NCBI RefSeq assembly: GCF_004010195.1
Contig: NC_057719.1
Span: forward strand, 87,721,989 to 87,778,754
DNA from: Chiloscyllium plagiosum
Taxonomy: Eukaryota
Direction: 5' to 3'
DNA: 56,766 bases
The translations under genes were made by a program, and so were the position numbers. Below are positions 23,030-35,267 of the stretch, piece after piece (the stretch's first letter is position 1; every line of letters begins with the position of its first letter). The notes under the pieces were generated by a model, which was not told the DNA's origin, ran no database searches, and saw only the letters and a program-made list of their open reading frames with translations.

Positions 23030-24658
23030 GTGGTTGGAAAAGTGTGGCTCTGGGAAAGCATAGCCGGTCAGGCAGCATCCAGGGAGCAGGAGAGTCGACA
23101 TTTCGAGCATCAGCCCTTCATCAGGAATGTGGGGACAAGGAGGCTGAGAGATAAATAGGAGGGTGAGGGGATGGTAGCTGGAAAGGCAATAGGTAGGTAC
23201 AGGTGGTGGGGGAGGGTGATAGTGATAGGTTGGAGGGAAAGGTGGAGTAGACAGGTGGGAAGGAAGATGGATAGATAGGACTGTTCCACGTTGGAGGGTT
23301 GGATCTGGGATGAGGTGGGAGGAGGGGATATTAGAAAACTGGTGAAGTTGACATTGATGCCATGCAGTTGAAGGCTCCCAAGGTGGGAGATGAGGTGGCT
23401 TGGATTTGGCGGTGGAGGAGGCCCAGGACTTGCATGTCCTTGGCAAAGTATGAGGGGGAGTTGAAGTGATCGGCCAGAGGGCAGTGGGGTTGTTTCCCTG
23501 AAACATTCTGTGAGTTGGCGTCCTGTCTCCGCAATGTAGAGGAGACCACATGGAGAGCAACGGACTCAAGTGATGAGGTGTTTGGATGTGCAGGAAAATA
23601 TCTGCTGGATGTGAAAAGATCCTTTGCAGTACTTGAACTAGAAGGCCATCTGGGATGTCCTGGAGTGGAATTGCTCCGCTGCTCCTCCTGGAAGCAGATA
23701 TGGCCGAGGCGGAGGTATTGGAAGTAAGGGATCACATTTTTCTGGTGGGGGGGGGGTGTTCAACCTCCTTGTGGGAGCACGAGGTGTCACCAATATAGTC
23801 ATCAATGTAGCAAAGGAAGAGGTGGGGTATGGTGCCGGTGTAACTGCAGAAGATGGACTGTTGCATGTATCCAATGAAGAGGCAGGCATGGGGCCCATGC
23901 AGGTGTCCATTTGTCTGATGAAAGTGGGAGGATTCGGAGGAGAAGTTATTTTGGGCATGAGGACCAGTTCCGCCAATTGAATGAGTGCAGGGATGCTGGT
24001 TGGGTCAGCGAGAGAGGAAGAAACAGAGGGCTTGGAGGCCTTTGCCATAGCAGATGGACATGTACAGGGACTGGATGTCCATGGTGAAGACAAGGCATTG
24101 GGGACAGGGGAAACAAAACTCATGGAGGAGGTGGAGGTGGTGTCCCAAATGTATGTGAGGAGTTCCTGGACCAAGAGGGACAGGACGGTGTCGAGATATG
24201 AGGAGATACATTCGGTGGAGCAGGAGCAGGCAGAGATGATAGGTCGACTGGGCAATTAGGTTTGTGGATTTTGTGTAGGTGGTAGAACTGGGCAGTGTGG
24301 GGTTTCCTAATCTCCCCTTCTCCCTCCTCATCCCAGATCCAATCCTCCAACTCTGCACCGCCCCCTTGAACTGTCCTACCTGTCCATCTTCCTTCCCAGC
24401 TATCTGCTCCACCCTCCCCTCCCACCTAGCATTTTCACCCTCCCCTGGGCACCTACCTATCGCCTTCCTAGCTACCTTTCCCACACCAATCCTCTTATTT
24501 ATCTCTCAGCCCCCTTACCCCCTCCAACATATCTGATGAAGAGCTTATGCCTAAAACGTCGACTCTCCTGCTCCTCGGATGCTGCCTGGCCTGCTGTGCT
24601 TTTTCAGCGCCACACTTTTTGACTCTGATCTCCAGCATCTGCAGTCCTCACTTCCTCC
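23030..24658 (-). mobile_element. Penelope-like element (decayed RT and GIY-YIG) with inverted terminal copy at about 24300-24658
   Basis: KIHKPNCP, PIISACSCSTE, FTMDIQSLY, LADHFNSPS..DMQVLGLLH; flanked by TAC(T/C)CTGGGATGTG direct repeat. Confidence 0.85.
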
Positions 24659-24659
24659 T

Positions 24660-24835
24660 ACCCTGGGATGTGACCAGGCAGATCAGATAATCTGGAACAT
24701 GATCAGGTAGATAGAGTACACTGGGACGTGATCAGCTAGATCAAGTATTCTGGATTGTCAGCACATAGATCAGGTACGCTGGATGTGATCACGTGGATCA
24801 GATGCTCTGGAATGTGATCAGGTACACTGGGATAA
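24660..24835. repeat. Degenerate minisatellite, about 30 bp (CTGGGATGTGATCAGGTAGATCAGATACT); also at 22990-23030
   Basis: Tandem copies on both sides of the Penelope-like insertion. Confidence 0.75.
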
Positions 24836-25155
24836 CACCCAAACATGGCCTTGGCAATGTTAACATGACGCAATTTGACCATTACTGACATTACTGAGGA
24901 ACCCCATAAACCAAATGGAAATGTCTCGATTCTTTCAAGAGCAACAAGCAACTGGGACCCAGTTTCACTGCAGAGACCAAGCAGGAATCAAGCTCAGGTC
25001 ACAATCAGAGAGGGGACTTCCCAGTGAATCTGTGCAATAATGTTCGCCCATAACAAATGCCATCAATGTACACCGGCCTGAGTCATGAACTCAATAAAAC
25101 CACCTCCCCAGCTTCAGCCTGACCCTCTCACCAAGTCCAGGGTTCCTAAGGTTAC

Positions 25156-25313
25156 CTTGAAGAGAATTTCTGTGGTCATGGTGTAGCCGTGTGTGATGAC
25201 TGGTTCTTCATCTGGCGGCCGTCCTTTCCAACAGTCGAGTTCTAGACAGCGACAGCCAGCCAGCAGGACCTGGCGATACATTTCTGGGGAGGAGATCCCA
25301 GAGAACTGGCCAG
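25156..25313 (-). CDS. PLCB2: PLC beta 2, exon 11 equivalent (X domain)
   Basis: 158 bp, CAG|...|[59 protein letters not shown]. Confidence 0.96.
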
Positions 25314-25679
25314 CTGGCAGGAGAGGAAGAAACAAAGCAGAGAGGATCAATATCAAAGGCAGAAATGCTCAAAGTGGCAAGAACTCCTTCAAAAGTATAC
25401 AGAATGTTTGGTGATTGTACATATTCATCAATGAGTATACGTTTTTGTCAATGGTACACATATTCATTGATGAGTGCACATATTCATCAGTGGTACACAC
25501 ACTTATCATTGAGTATACATATTTATCAATGGTACATGTTTTTATCAATGGATGTACATCTTTATCAATGGTACATATACCTATGAATGGGTACGCACAT
25601 TCATCAATGACAAACATATACTCATGAATAGATATACATATTCATCAATGGTACACATATTCATCAATGACAAAAATTG

Positions 25680-25885
25680 TGGTGATGGAAAAGCACAACT
25701 GGTCAGGCAGCATCCTAGAAGCAGGAGAGTCAACATTTCGAGCATAAGCTCTTCAATCCTGATTAAGAGCTTACACTCAAAACGTTGACTCTCCTGTTCC
25801 TCGGATGCTGCCTGGCCAGCTGTGCTTTTCCAGCATCACAGTTTTTGACTCTGATCTCCACCATCTGCAGTGTTCACTGTCTCTC
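25680..25885. mobile_element. Short near-palindromic Penelope-terminus element (degenerate)
   Basis: Same GGAAAAGCACA..GCAGCATCC / GGATGCTGC..TGTGCTTTTCC arms and CTCTGATCTCCA.CATCTGCAG tail; inserted in a minisatellite. Confidence 0.75.
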
Positions 25886-25909
25886 ATATTCATCAATGAG
25901 TATACATGG

Positions 25910-26392
25910 TGTCATAGAGCACGTAAACAGACCTTTTAGTCCAACAAATCCAGGCTGACCATGTTCCCAAACTAAACTAGTCCCACCTGCCCGCTCCTGG
26001 CCAATATCCCTCAAAACCTTTCCCATTCATGTGCTTATCCAAATGTCTCTTAAACATAATTGTACCTCCATCCACCACTTCCCCAGGAAGTTCAAACCAC
26101 CCTTTGTGTAAAAAATTTGCCCCAGTGTCTTTTTTAAATCGCTCTCCTCTCACCTTAAAAATGTCCCCAGTCTTAAAATTCCCTATCCTAGGAAAAAGAC
26201 AACTACCATTAACTCTCTCTATACCCCTTGTTATTTTATAAAATTCTATAAGGTCACCTCTCAACTTCTTATGCTCCAGTGAAAAACGTCCCAGCCTATC
26301 CAACCTTTCCTTATAACTCAAACCTTCAATACTTGGCAACATCCTGGTGCATCTATTCTGAACCCTCTTCAGCCTAATAATATCCTTCCTAT
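25910..26392 (-). mobile_element. CR1 LINE 3' fragment
   Basis: RKDIIRLKRVQ..TRMLP..LRGDLIEFYKI. Confidence 0.85.
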
Positions 26393-27271
26393 CAATGGTA
26401 CACAGCTTCACTGATCAGCATATATATTCATCAATAATACATACATTCATCAATAGATATAGATCTTTGTCACTGGGTACACACATAGGTCAATGAGCAC
26501 AGTTAACCTTCAATATATATCAATATTCTGCAAGTGCACATACTTCATAATGAATACTCAATATATGTTCATCAACGTTTATTCCTATTCATTCACACTG
26601 TTGCACAACCTCCAGCAGGTCTCTGCATACATGAAAGGATGTACTCATCAAAATATAAATATATTGAATGAATGTACATATTTACGAATCATATTTATTA
26701 GTGGGAATACCTTGTTTCAAAATGGTTTTGTGTGGCACAGTAATAGTGCCCCTACCTCTGACCCAGGAGGCCTGGATTCAAATCCCACCTGCTCCAGAGG
26801 AGTGTAATAAGATCTCTTATCAGGTTAATTAGAAAATGTATGTATTTATTGAAGTATCTGCATACTCATCAACTAAACAACTGTGAACACAAGATGAAAG
26901 GAAATGGCCTGTAGTACTTGGCCTTCAGCACCAATTGCTGCATCACTTTTATTGATTAATGGGTAGCCTTCTCAGAGACCCCTGCAAAATGATTTCTAGC
27001 ACAAAACAGCAAGTATGTGTTTAATATTCATCACTCTCTTCCTCACTCATTCCCTTTGCATCCATAAAACAGCAGCTGTATGGGAACACAGCACCCTGCA
27101 AGTTCCCCTATTATCCACATACTATCCTGATTTGGAAATATATTGCTATTCCTTCACTGTGGCTGAGTCAAAATCCTGGAATTCTGTCCCTGACAACATT
27201 GAGAGTGAATCTACAGCACTCCCAATCCCTCTTTTTTTCAGGATTTATTTGGGTCCCGCCATGTTTTTTAC

Positions 27272-27418
27272 CAGTGAGGTATGTGTTGTGAGAGGAGTTG
27301 ATAAAGTAATGTGACAGAGGCTGCGTCATGTCCTGATACACCGTCAGTCTGTCTGGGTACAACAGACAGTTCTCTGGCCCAGATAAATACCAGACTAGCC
27401 CTTCCGGAGACATGTGAC
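27272..27418 (-). CDS. PLCB2: PLC beta 2, exon 10 equivalent (start of catalytic X domain)
   Basis: 147 bp, CAG|...|[54 protein letters not shown] with the catalytic SSHNTYL motif. Confidence 0.95.
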
Positions 27419-27569
27419 CTGTGAAGAAACCAAAAGAGTCTCAGTTAGATCAGAGAGTGAGCTGTTTCAAAGTGGATCTGGTGGGCCCTGGAAGCTACGC
27501 ATGATTGGGTCTTCAAATTCAACAGTAAAATGATATGTTAATAGCCATTGAGCAGGTGTTAACAAAAGG

Positions 27570-27775
27570 TTCGAAAAGTGTGACGCTGGAAAAGCACAGC
27601 AGGTCATTGCAGCATCCTAGGAGCAACAGAATCAATGTTTCAGGCATACGTGATGAAGGATTTATGCCCAAAATGTTGACTCTCCTGCTCCTTGGATGCT
27701 GCCTGACCTGCTGTGCTTTTCCAGCGTCACACTTTTCGACTCTGATCTCCAGCATCTGCAGTTCTCACTTTCTTC
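27570..27775. mobile_element. Short near-palindromic Penelope-terminus element (degenerate)
   Basis: TCGAAAAGTGTGACGCTGGAAAAGCACAGC .. GCTGTGCTTTTCCAGCGTCACACTTTTCGA inverted arms plus tail. Confidence 0.78.
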
Positions 27776-28184
27776 CATTTACGTAAGATTATTTGAAGTA
27801 ACCTCAATTCCATATACCCCACTCTAAGGATTTGTCATTTCCCTCTCATTCTACACTCAACGTTTATTAGTTAAGTATTATTTCATGTTATATTAGTAAA
27901 CGTTTTTGTATTAGTTAAAGCAAACTACTATGGGTGCTGGAAATCTGAAACAGACGCTGAGAATGCTGGAGAAACTCAGCAAGTCTGGCAACATCTGTAG
28001 AGAAGCAAACAGTTAATGTTTCGAGTCCAGTTTGACTCCTCTTCAGAACCTGAAGGACGTTCATTCTGCATTCAGTTCGTCATATCCTCCTCATTGCCCT
28101 CAATAACAACAATGTGCAGATATCAAGTGTCTTTTAAGATAATAGAGCACTCCAAAGTGATTTACTTCCCTGCCTAAAGATATG

Positions 28185-28450
28185 TCACAGAATCCCTGCA
28201 ATGTGGCAGTGGGCCATTCAGCCCATCAAGGCCATGCTGACCTTTCATAACAGCATCCTACCCAGACCCACCCCCTCACTGTAACCCTGTCTATCCCATA
28301 TCCTTTGACTGTGGGAGGAAACCAGAGCATCCAGAGGAAACCCATGCAGACTCGGGGAGAATGGACAAACTCCACCCAATTGCCCAAGGCTGGAATTGAA
28401 CCCAAATCCCTAGCACTGTGAAGCAGCAGTGCTAGCGACCAAGCTGCCCC
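28185..28450 (-). mobile_element. HE1/V-SINE-like element (diverged)
   Basis: GACTGTGGGAGGAAACCAGAGCATCCAGAGGAAACCC core. Confidence 0.8.
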
Positions 28451-28896
28451 ACCTTTTGCAGAATCACGTCAAAGTGCCTGTGTTTTTGGCTTGGTCAAGG
28501 GTAAGATAAAGGGGGCCTTGGGTCTATCTGAGCTGGAATGGGTTCGAACCCAAAGTCTAGAAGAATGGTTCCAGGGATGAGGAACTTCAGTGATGAGGAT
28601 AAACTGAAGAAGTTGGCAGTGTCCTCTTTGGAGAGCAGAAGCTGAGAAGAGATTAAGTAGAGGGTTTCATAATCACAAGCAGGAGCTGGATAGAGTAGAT
28701 GGTAAGAAGCTGTTCCAACTTGTAAAAAGAATATGAACAAGTGGGCCATAGATTTACAGTGACCTTCAAATAAAACAAGGGTGCTGTGAGAAAAGTATTT
28801 TTCACATAGTAAGTAGTTGGGGTCTGGAATGCATTGCCTGGAAGTGTGGTGGAGGCAAGTTCAATTGAGGCATTCAAGAGGGGCATTGGATGGTGT

Positions 28897-29109
28897 TTAA
28901 AAATGTGTTGCTGGAAAAGCGCAGCAGGTCAGGCAGCATCAAAGGAGAAGGAGAATCGACGTTTCGGGCATAAGCCCTTCTTCAGGAAGAAGGGCTTATG
29001 CCTGAAACGTCGATTCTCCTTCTCCTTTGATGCTGCCTAACCTGCTGCGCTTTTCCAGCAACACATTTTTAAGCTCTGATCCCCAGCATCTGCAGTCCTC
29101 ACTTTCTCC
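28897..29109. mobile_element. Short near-palindromic Penelope-terminus element
   Basis: Inverted arms around 28985; 14-bp TSD GCATTGGATGGTGT at 28883-96 and 29110-23. Confidence 0.85.
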
Positions 29110-30558
29110 GCATTGGATGGTGTGCATGGTTGTGAGGTGGGGGGGTTCCTCCGTCACTATCACCACCTGCTGGTGGCGGTCCCAGAGGCTCGGCTCCCTA
29201 TCTCAGTGTCTTCCAACACCATCGCCACCTACAATTGGTGGTTCTGTTACACAAGTTTAATGGGAATACATGAATCAGACTGACGTTTCACCCCAGGTTA
29301 GTTGGAATGAAAAGGCGAGAGATTGGTGCTAGGGAATAGAATCGGTACAGACACAATGGGCTGAACAAAATAATAGCGATTCTTGATTCGATCTGAGCAA
29401 TGGCATCTGCCCAAACCCTCATCCTTTTCAAAGCGTTCTCAAACAAAATTCAACACACAGCCACATGTATCATTGAGTCATAAAGTATGAGAAGGGGCCC
29501 TTCATCCCATCTAGACTGTGCTGCCATGTGTGTGTCCAGCACCCCCCACCTGTCTTACATTTACCGTTAGACCTATTAAGGCTTCTAAGTGGCCAACTAA
29601 AAAGGTCATTCTGTTGCCGCCATTTTGCAGGGGAGTTAGGCGGCTTTAGCCACGTGGACTGGTACTGGGTGAGACAGGGGACCCATTTACAAGTGTTCTT
29701 GAACCCAGTCCCATGCCCCATTTTAGCCCCCTCACTGCGAATGACCTTCGCCCTTCCCCATCTTACTCAACCTACGGATTGACATGGGTCTCTCTGGGTG
29801 GCAAGGCAGCCTGCAATCCTGGCAGTGGCCACTGCTTCCAACTGGCACTGCTGGGACTCCATCTGATTGGCCAGCAGCCTCTGGGAGGTGAGATGTCTGT
29901 GAGTAAGAGAAGCATAGTCTGTCCCCGGGATGATTACCTGAGGGTACTGCGTTTGTGATTTACATGGGGCCAGGGTGGAGGGTAGGGTTTGCGCGTGGAA
30001 GATCGCAGCACCCCATGAAGTCCAAACCTGTTAGGTCAGAGGAACCAAGGAGCCTCATTGAGTAGGAGTAAAAGGTTGACAGAAATAAGGAGGCAATTTC
30101 TGAGGGACAAAGCAGGAAGTATGATTACCAGCGGTGGAATGATTAAAGCCTGGAATTGTAAAGAAGTCAGCCGTCACAGTGAGTTACAACTCAGAGAAGA
30201 GGTTGCAGATAAACGAAAGTGCAAACCCATGGAACACTTTGAAAACAAGGAGGAGAGTTTTAGAATCAAGTTGTTGCTTTACAGTGAGAATACCTGAAAC
30301 AGAGTGACCTTTCACCCCAGGTTGTTGGGAATGTGACCTCATGTGACATGAGATTTGAACACACAGAAGCCCCAAAGATCATGAGGTGGAATTCCTTGTC
30401 CCACTGGCATCAGGTTATTACAAATGAGAAGGGAAATCAAGGATAAACAATGAACTATTTACTGTACATACTTGGAGCAGAACTCATGGGCTACTGCTAG
30501 TAACTAATCTACTCCCCCACCTTCCCATCTGCTCTCCTTCTACAAAAGACACTAAGAG

Positions 30559-30705
30559 CTGAAAATGTGTTGCTGGAAAAGCGCAGCAGGTCAGGCAGCA
30601 TCCAAGGAGCAGGAGAATCGACGTTTCGGGCATAAGCCCTTCTTCAGGAATCTCCAGCATCTGCAGCAAAAAGAAACTCCAGCATTTGCAGCCCTCACTT
30701 TCTCT
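30559..30705. mobile_element. Short Penelope-terminus element with a minus-strand hammerhead core
   Basis: 15-bp TSD AAAAGACACTAAGAG at 30544-58 and 30706-20; minus strand reads CTGAAGAAGGGCTTATGCCCGAAACGTC. Confidence 0.82.
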
Positions 30706-30837
30706 AAAAGACACTAAGAGTCTACTTTACGACCCCAGCTATCCTCCCTCACTGCCACCACCTGCCAGTGCTCAGCTCCCTCTCTCAGTGCCCTCCAATA
30801 CCATCACTGCCTCCTGCTGGAAAGTCCTGCTACACCA

Positions 30838-31116
30838 GTTCAGTGGGAATATATGAATCAAATAGACCTTTCATCCAAGGTTAATGGGAATACATGAATA
30901 GGACTGACCATTCACCCCAAGATAGTGGGAATACTTGAGTAAGACTAACCTTTCACTCCAAGTTAATGAGAATACATGACTAGGACTAACCTTACACACA
31001 AGGTTAGTGGGAATGCATAATAGGATCGACCTTTCATCCCAGGTTAGTGGGAATACATGAATCAGACTGACCTTTCACTTCAGGTTAGTGGGAATACATG
31101 AATAAGACTGACCTTT
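30838..31116. repeat. 41-bp minisatellite (about 7 units) starting at the exon 9 splice donor
   Basis: Minus-strand unit GTCAGTCTTATTCATGTATTCCCACTAACCTGAAGTGAAAG. Confidence 0.9.
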
Positions 31117-31279
31117 ATGAATGTTATTTTTTGCAGGTTCATATTTCTCAATCAGTTTCTGCACTTGTTCAGGTTGTGCTAGTTTAAAAAGAAAGTCAGG
31201 GAGTCGGGAATCCCTCTGGATTGTGTTTATAAAGGTGGACAGCTGTTGTCGAGTCAAGTATGGCTTTACCATCACATCC
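31113..31279 (-). CDS. PLCB2: PLC beta 2, exon 9 equivalent
   Basis: 167 bp, CAG|...|GTCAGT; DVMVKPYLTRQQLSTFINTIQRDSRLPDFLFKLAQPEQVQKLIEKYEPAKNNIHK. Confidence 0.92.
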
Positions 31280-31419
31280 CTGAGAAAGAGAGAAGATTGA
31301 CCTGTGAATTCAACCACCTGTCTCACTAGCTCGAGAGTTCACAGAATATACAAGCTGCATCATACTTCATGTACACATTATCCAACCAGCTTAATCCCAT
31401 CCTCATTATCTGTGTAAAG

Positions 31420-31775
31420 GTGTACTGATGCTACTGGATTAGTAATCCAGAGGCCCAGGTTCGTGTTCCAGGGACATAGGTTCAAATCCCACTACTGCCA
31501 TTGTTGTTTCAATTCAGAATTCATTCATTTCAATTAAAATTGAAAGCCAGGGTTTATGTGATCCTTATCAAATTGAGACCAAAACCCATCTGGTTCACTC
31601 ATGTCCTTCAGAGAAGGAAATCTGCCATCCTTACCTGGTGTGGCCTACATGTGACTCCAGACCATCGGTAGTCTGGTTCACTATTAATTTCCTGAGTCAG
31701 CCACTCAACTTAGAGCAATTAGGAATGGGCAATGAATGCTGGCCTAGCCAGTGATATCCACATCCCGTGAAAGAA
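31420..31775 (+). mobile_element. Second tRNA-derived SINE family (another copy on minus at about 40790-41160)
   Basis: GGATTAGTAATCCAGAG..GGTTCAAATCCCAC B-box; 3' tail resembles the end of the LINE at 520-1600 and 20830-21750. Confidence 0.75.
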
Positions 31776-32139
31776 TAGAGGAAACAAAATGTAAACTGTA
31801 ACCCATCATGGGGTCGACTAACTCCCCAAAAAATAAGTATAATCATCCCTCCATTCATCCCTTCCTCTGTCTGTAAATTCTTCCAGATTCATGTAAAGAT
31901 TTGATAAAATATTGAGCGGTAGATAGGCAGAGAGCTCTCCACTAGGTCATGGAAACTGCCCTTAGAGGGGGTCTCTGTGCTGCCATGATATTTTCTCTCC
32001 CTGAGGTTCACTGCTTACAGCCAACACCCGATCAGGTTACAGAAATCCAGGCAAACCCTGGGACAAAGTGACAGTAGAATGTACAGTTCAGGAATGGATC
32101 TCAATTCACACTGAACAGAAGCATTTTTCACTATTGTAG

Positions 32140-33150
32140 AAACCAAGAAACCAGGAACTCATTATTGACTTTCAGCGGGATGTTACTCATGTCCCCCCAC
32201 CCCCCTTACACATTAACAGCACAGAGGTGGAAAGAGTGGAGAGTGTCAAGCTCCTGGGAGTGGTCATCCACAACAAGCTTTCTTGGATTCTTCATGTGGA
32301 CACACTGGTTACAAAGGCCCAATGACGTCTCCTTCCTCAGGCAGCTGAGGAAATTTGGCATGACGGTGAATACCCTTACCAGCTTTTTTAGGTGTGCCAT
32401 CGAGAGCATCCTGTCTGGATGTATCTCTACCTGATATGGCGACTGTACCATTCAGGATCAGAGACGGTTACAGAGAGTGGCGAACTCGGCCCGGACAATC
32501 ACAAAGGCCAACTTCCCATCTATAGAATCTATCTACCAGGCCCGCTGTCAAGTAAAGGCCACCAGCATTCTCAAAGCTTCATCCCGCCTTGGCAACGTTT
32601 TTCTACAACCTCTACCACCAGCCAGTTTTGCAACAGTTTCTACCCTACTGTTGTTAGAATACTGAATGGACTCACAAACTCTTAACATTCGCCTGTACGT
32701 GTTTTGGTTTTTGCCGCTGGTTGCCTATTATTTACTTATCTATGCTAGTTAACTCTGTGATTAGATTAGATTACTTTACAGTGTGGAAACAGGCCCTTCG
32801 GCCCAACAAGTCCACACCGTCCTGCCGAAGCGCAACCCACCCATACCCTGACATTTACCCCTTATTTAACACTACGGATAATTTAGCATGGCCAATTCAC
32901 CTGACCTGCACATCTTTGGACTGTGGGAGGAAACCGGAGCACCCGGAGGAAACCCACGCAGACACGGGGAGAATGTGCAAACTCCACACAGTCAGTCGCT
33001 GGAGTCTGGAATTGAACCCGGGTCTCTGGCGCTGTGAGGCAGCAGTACTAACCACTGTGCCACCGTGCCGCCCGTGATCTGTCTGTATTGCTCGCAAGAC
33101 AAAGTTTTTCACTGTGCCTCGGTGCGCGTGACAATAAATTCAATTCAGGT
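32140..33150 (+). mobile_element. Rex1/Babar-like LINE 3' fragment (interrupted by a SINE)
   Basis: ELIIDF, VERVESVKLLGVVIHNKLSW, FLRQLRKFGM..FFRCAIESILSGCI; AATAAA and (ATTCA)n tail. Confidence 0.75.
32760..33073 (-). mobile_element. Young HE1/V-SINE-like element with (CTAAT)n tail
   Basis: Full length and CpG-rich; near-identical to 36525-36845; inserted in a LINE 3' end. Confidence 0.9.
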
Positions 33151-33173
33151 CAAAATTTGAGGAAGAGCCTTAC

Positions 33174-33274
33174 ATCAGTTCGAAGATCTGATTGACTTCT
33201 GGCCAGAGACACAGATGCGACAGAAACACTTTGAAGGTCGATTCAGTGAAATCTTCCGGATTGATCAAGTCGGT
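33174..33274 (-). CDS. PLCB2: PLC beta 2, exon 8 equivalent
   Basis: 101 bp, CAG|...|GTAAGG; TDLINPEDFTESTFKVFLSHLCLWPEVNQIFEL. Confidence 0.9.
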
Positions 33275-33691
33275 CTGAATATAAACAGTAAGAGAAACAT
33301 TATTAAGGAGGGTCTTGTTAATGGGTGTGGCAGCTATTGACTGAGCGACCGTAGTCTCTGGATGCACTGTAATCCTGGGTTTGGGTGGAGTGTGCAGCTG
33401 TAATCTCTGCAGGGGAGCTGTAATTCCTGTGGAGACTGTAATAGGAACATAGCTGTTAGCCACAAGAAGAGATCACCAGGTCTTTGTTCTTGCTCCACCT
33501 TTCAATAGGATGATGGACAAACTCTGGGGCGTGACCATCTCTATAGGGGAGACTGTAATCTTTGGAATGATTGTAACCTCTTAGGAGTGACAGGATTGTA
33601 CCCTTTATGGGGCTGTAATAGAAATGTAGAGAAACAAAAATGAGTGAGAAGAGGCCACTCACCCCTTCAAGTCTGCTCTTCCATTGAACAC

Positions 33692-34500
33692 TGTTATGAC
33701 ACAGAGGTGAACCTCCCCTGTTAATTAAACCAAATACCCAGAAAAGCTCACCTCGCCTCGTAATCTGTTCAAATATGAGTGACAGAGAACTCCCAAATTC
33801 CACTATTTAAAGAAAATAATCAATTTATTTTTAACTCTAAAAGTAAACATTAAACAACTATTCACAATTCTAATTCCCCCCTTTCGTTTAACTGCTTATT
33901 ATCGGTCTTCAACTTTATACCAATATGCTGTTCCAATAAAACACTTATTAAAATTACATTAACTTTATTTCAAAACCACACAGCCACTGTCGTCTTCTGT
34001 TCTTTCTTCTTCCAGCTAAAGATCTCCCTGGGTTACTTCTTTGATTTTACTGCAGGTATATTTCATATGAAAAGGTACCTTTGATTGAGAGTGTTCCCTA
34101 ATTTCTGGAGAGCAAGGTGTTAGTTCTCCCTACATTTCTGTCTGGTTTGCAATTGCTCTCTGACCAATTTTCAAAATGTCTGCATTTTATACCCCTAACA
34201 TTGGATCATCTCATTGGTTCGATGTTGGCAAAGCAATAAATTCAAACTCAATTGGGTTTTGGTATCCTGGGGCATAATTTAAACTGATTGGTTAAATTCG
34301 AATTGTTATCAAAACAGCAAACAGCAAAATAGCAACCAAAACTCCGGTTTCTATTTCACAGCCAAATGATACATAGTTTCAATTTTCCAGTACACTCTGG
34401 GACTGCCATCTGTCATATATACAGGTGGTTGTAAGCTCTCAATTCAGAACAGCATTCACTCTCTCTTAAAGGTACAGTACACATCTTCAACTTCATAACA
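33692..34500. mobile_element. Solo LTR (Gypsy-like)
   Basis: TGTTATGA...TCATAACA inverted termini; near-TSD ACAC/ATAC; no coding content. Confidence 0.75.
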
Positions 34501-35267
34501 ATACAATCATGGCGGGTGAGAGAAGATTTACTAGACTAGAGTGATCAGGTTGACTTGTGAGAAAAGGCTAGACAGATTGGGCCTATATCATCTGGAGTTT
34601 AGAAGAGTCAGAGGTGACTTAATTGAAACATCTAAGATCATGAGGGGACTTGACTGAGTGGATGTATAAAGGATTCTGGGAGAATCTAGAACTAGGGGTC
34701 AAAGTTTAAAAATAAAGGGGCACCTGTTTAAAACAGAGATGAGGAAACATACTTTTTCTCTGAGGATTAAGGGACTTTGGAATTTCCTTCCTCAAAAAGT
34801 AGTGCATGCAGAATCTTTAAATATTTTGAAGGCTGAGGGAGATTGTATTGATCTGATTTGTTTTGATTTATCATTGTCACATGTACTGAGATACAGTGAG
34901 AAGTACTGTTTTGCATGCTATCCCGCTAATGTACGTAAGTACATCAGGGTAATAGACAGAATGCAGAATATAGGTTACAGCTATGGCGAAGATGCAAAGA
35001 AAGATCAACTCTAATAAATGAGAGGTCCGTTCATAAGTCTGATAATAGTGGGGAAGAAGTTGTTCCTGAATCTGTTGATACATGTTTTCAACTTTTGTGA
35101 AACAAACTTTTTCTAAGCAAGGGGGTGAAAGATTATCGGGGATAGGTCAGAAGGTAGAGTTCGGTTTATAATCACAGCAGCCACATCTTATTGAACGGCA
35201 GATTCTCCCACTCTTGACCATATGTTTACAGTAGTTTACAGCATGATATGGTTCAGTTGACACTCAC

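Larger units (their letters stand above)
25415..26700. repeat. Degenerate minisatellite, about 20-21 bp (TACACATATTCATCAATGG), interrupted by PLE and CR1 insertions
   Basis: Copies at 25415-25670, 25885-25908 and 26392-26700. Confidence 0.8.
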
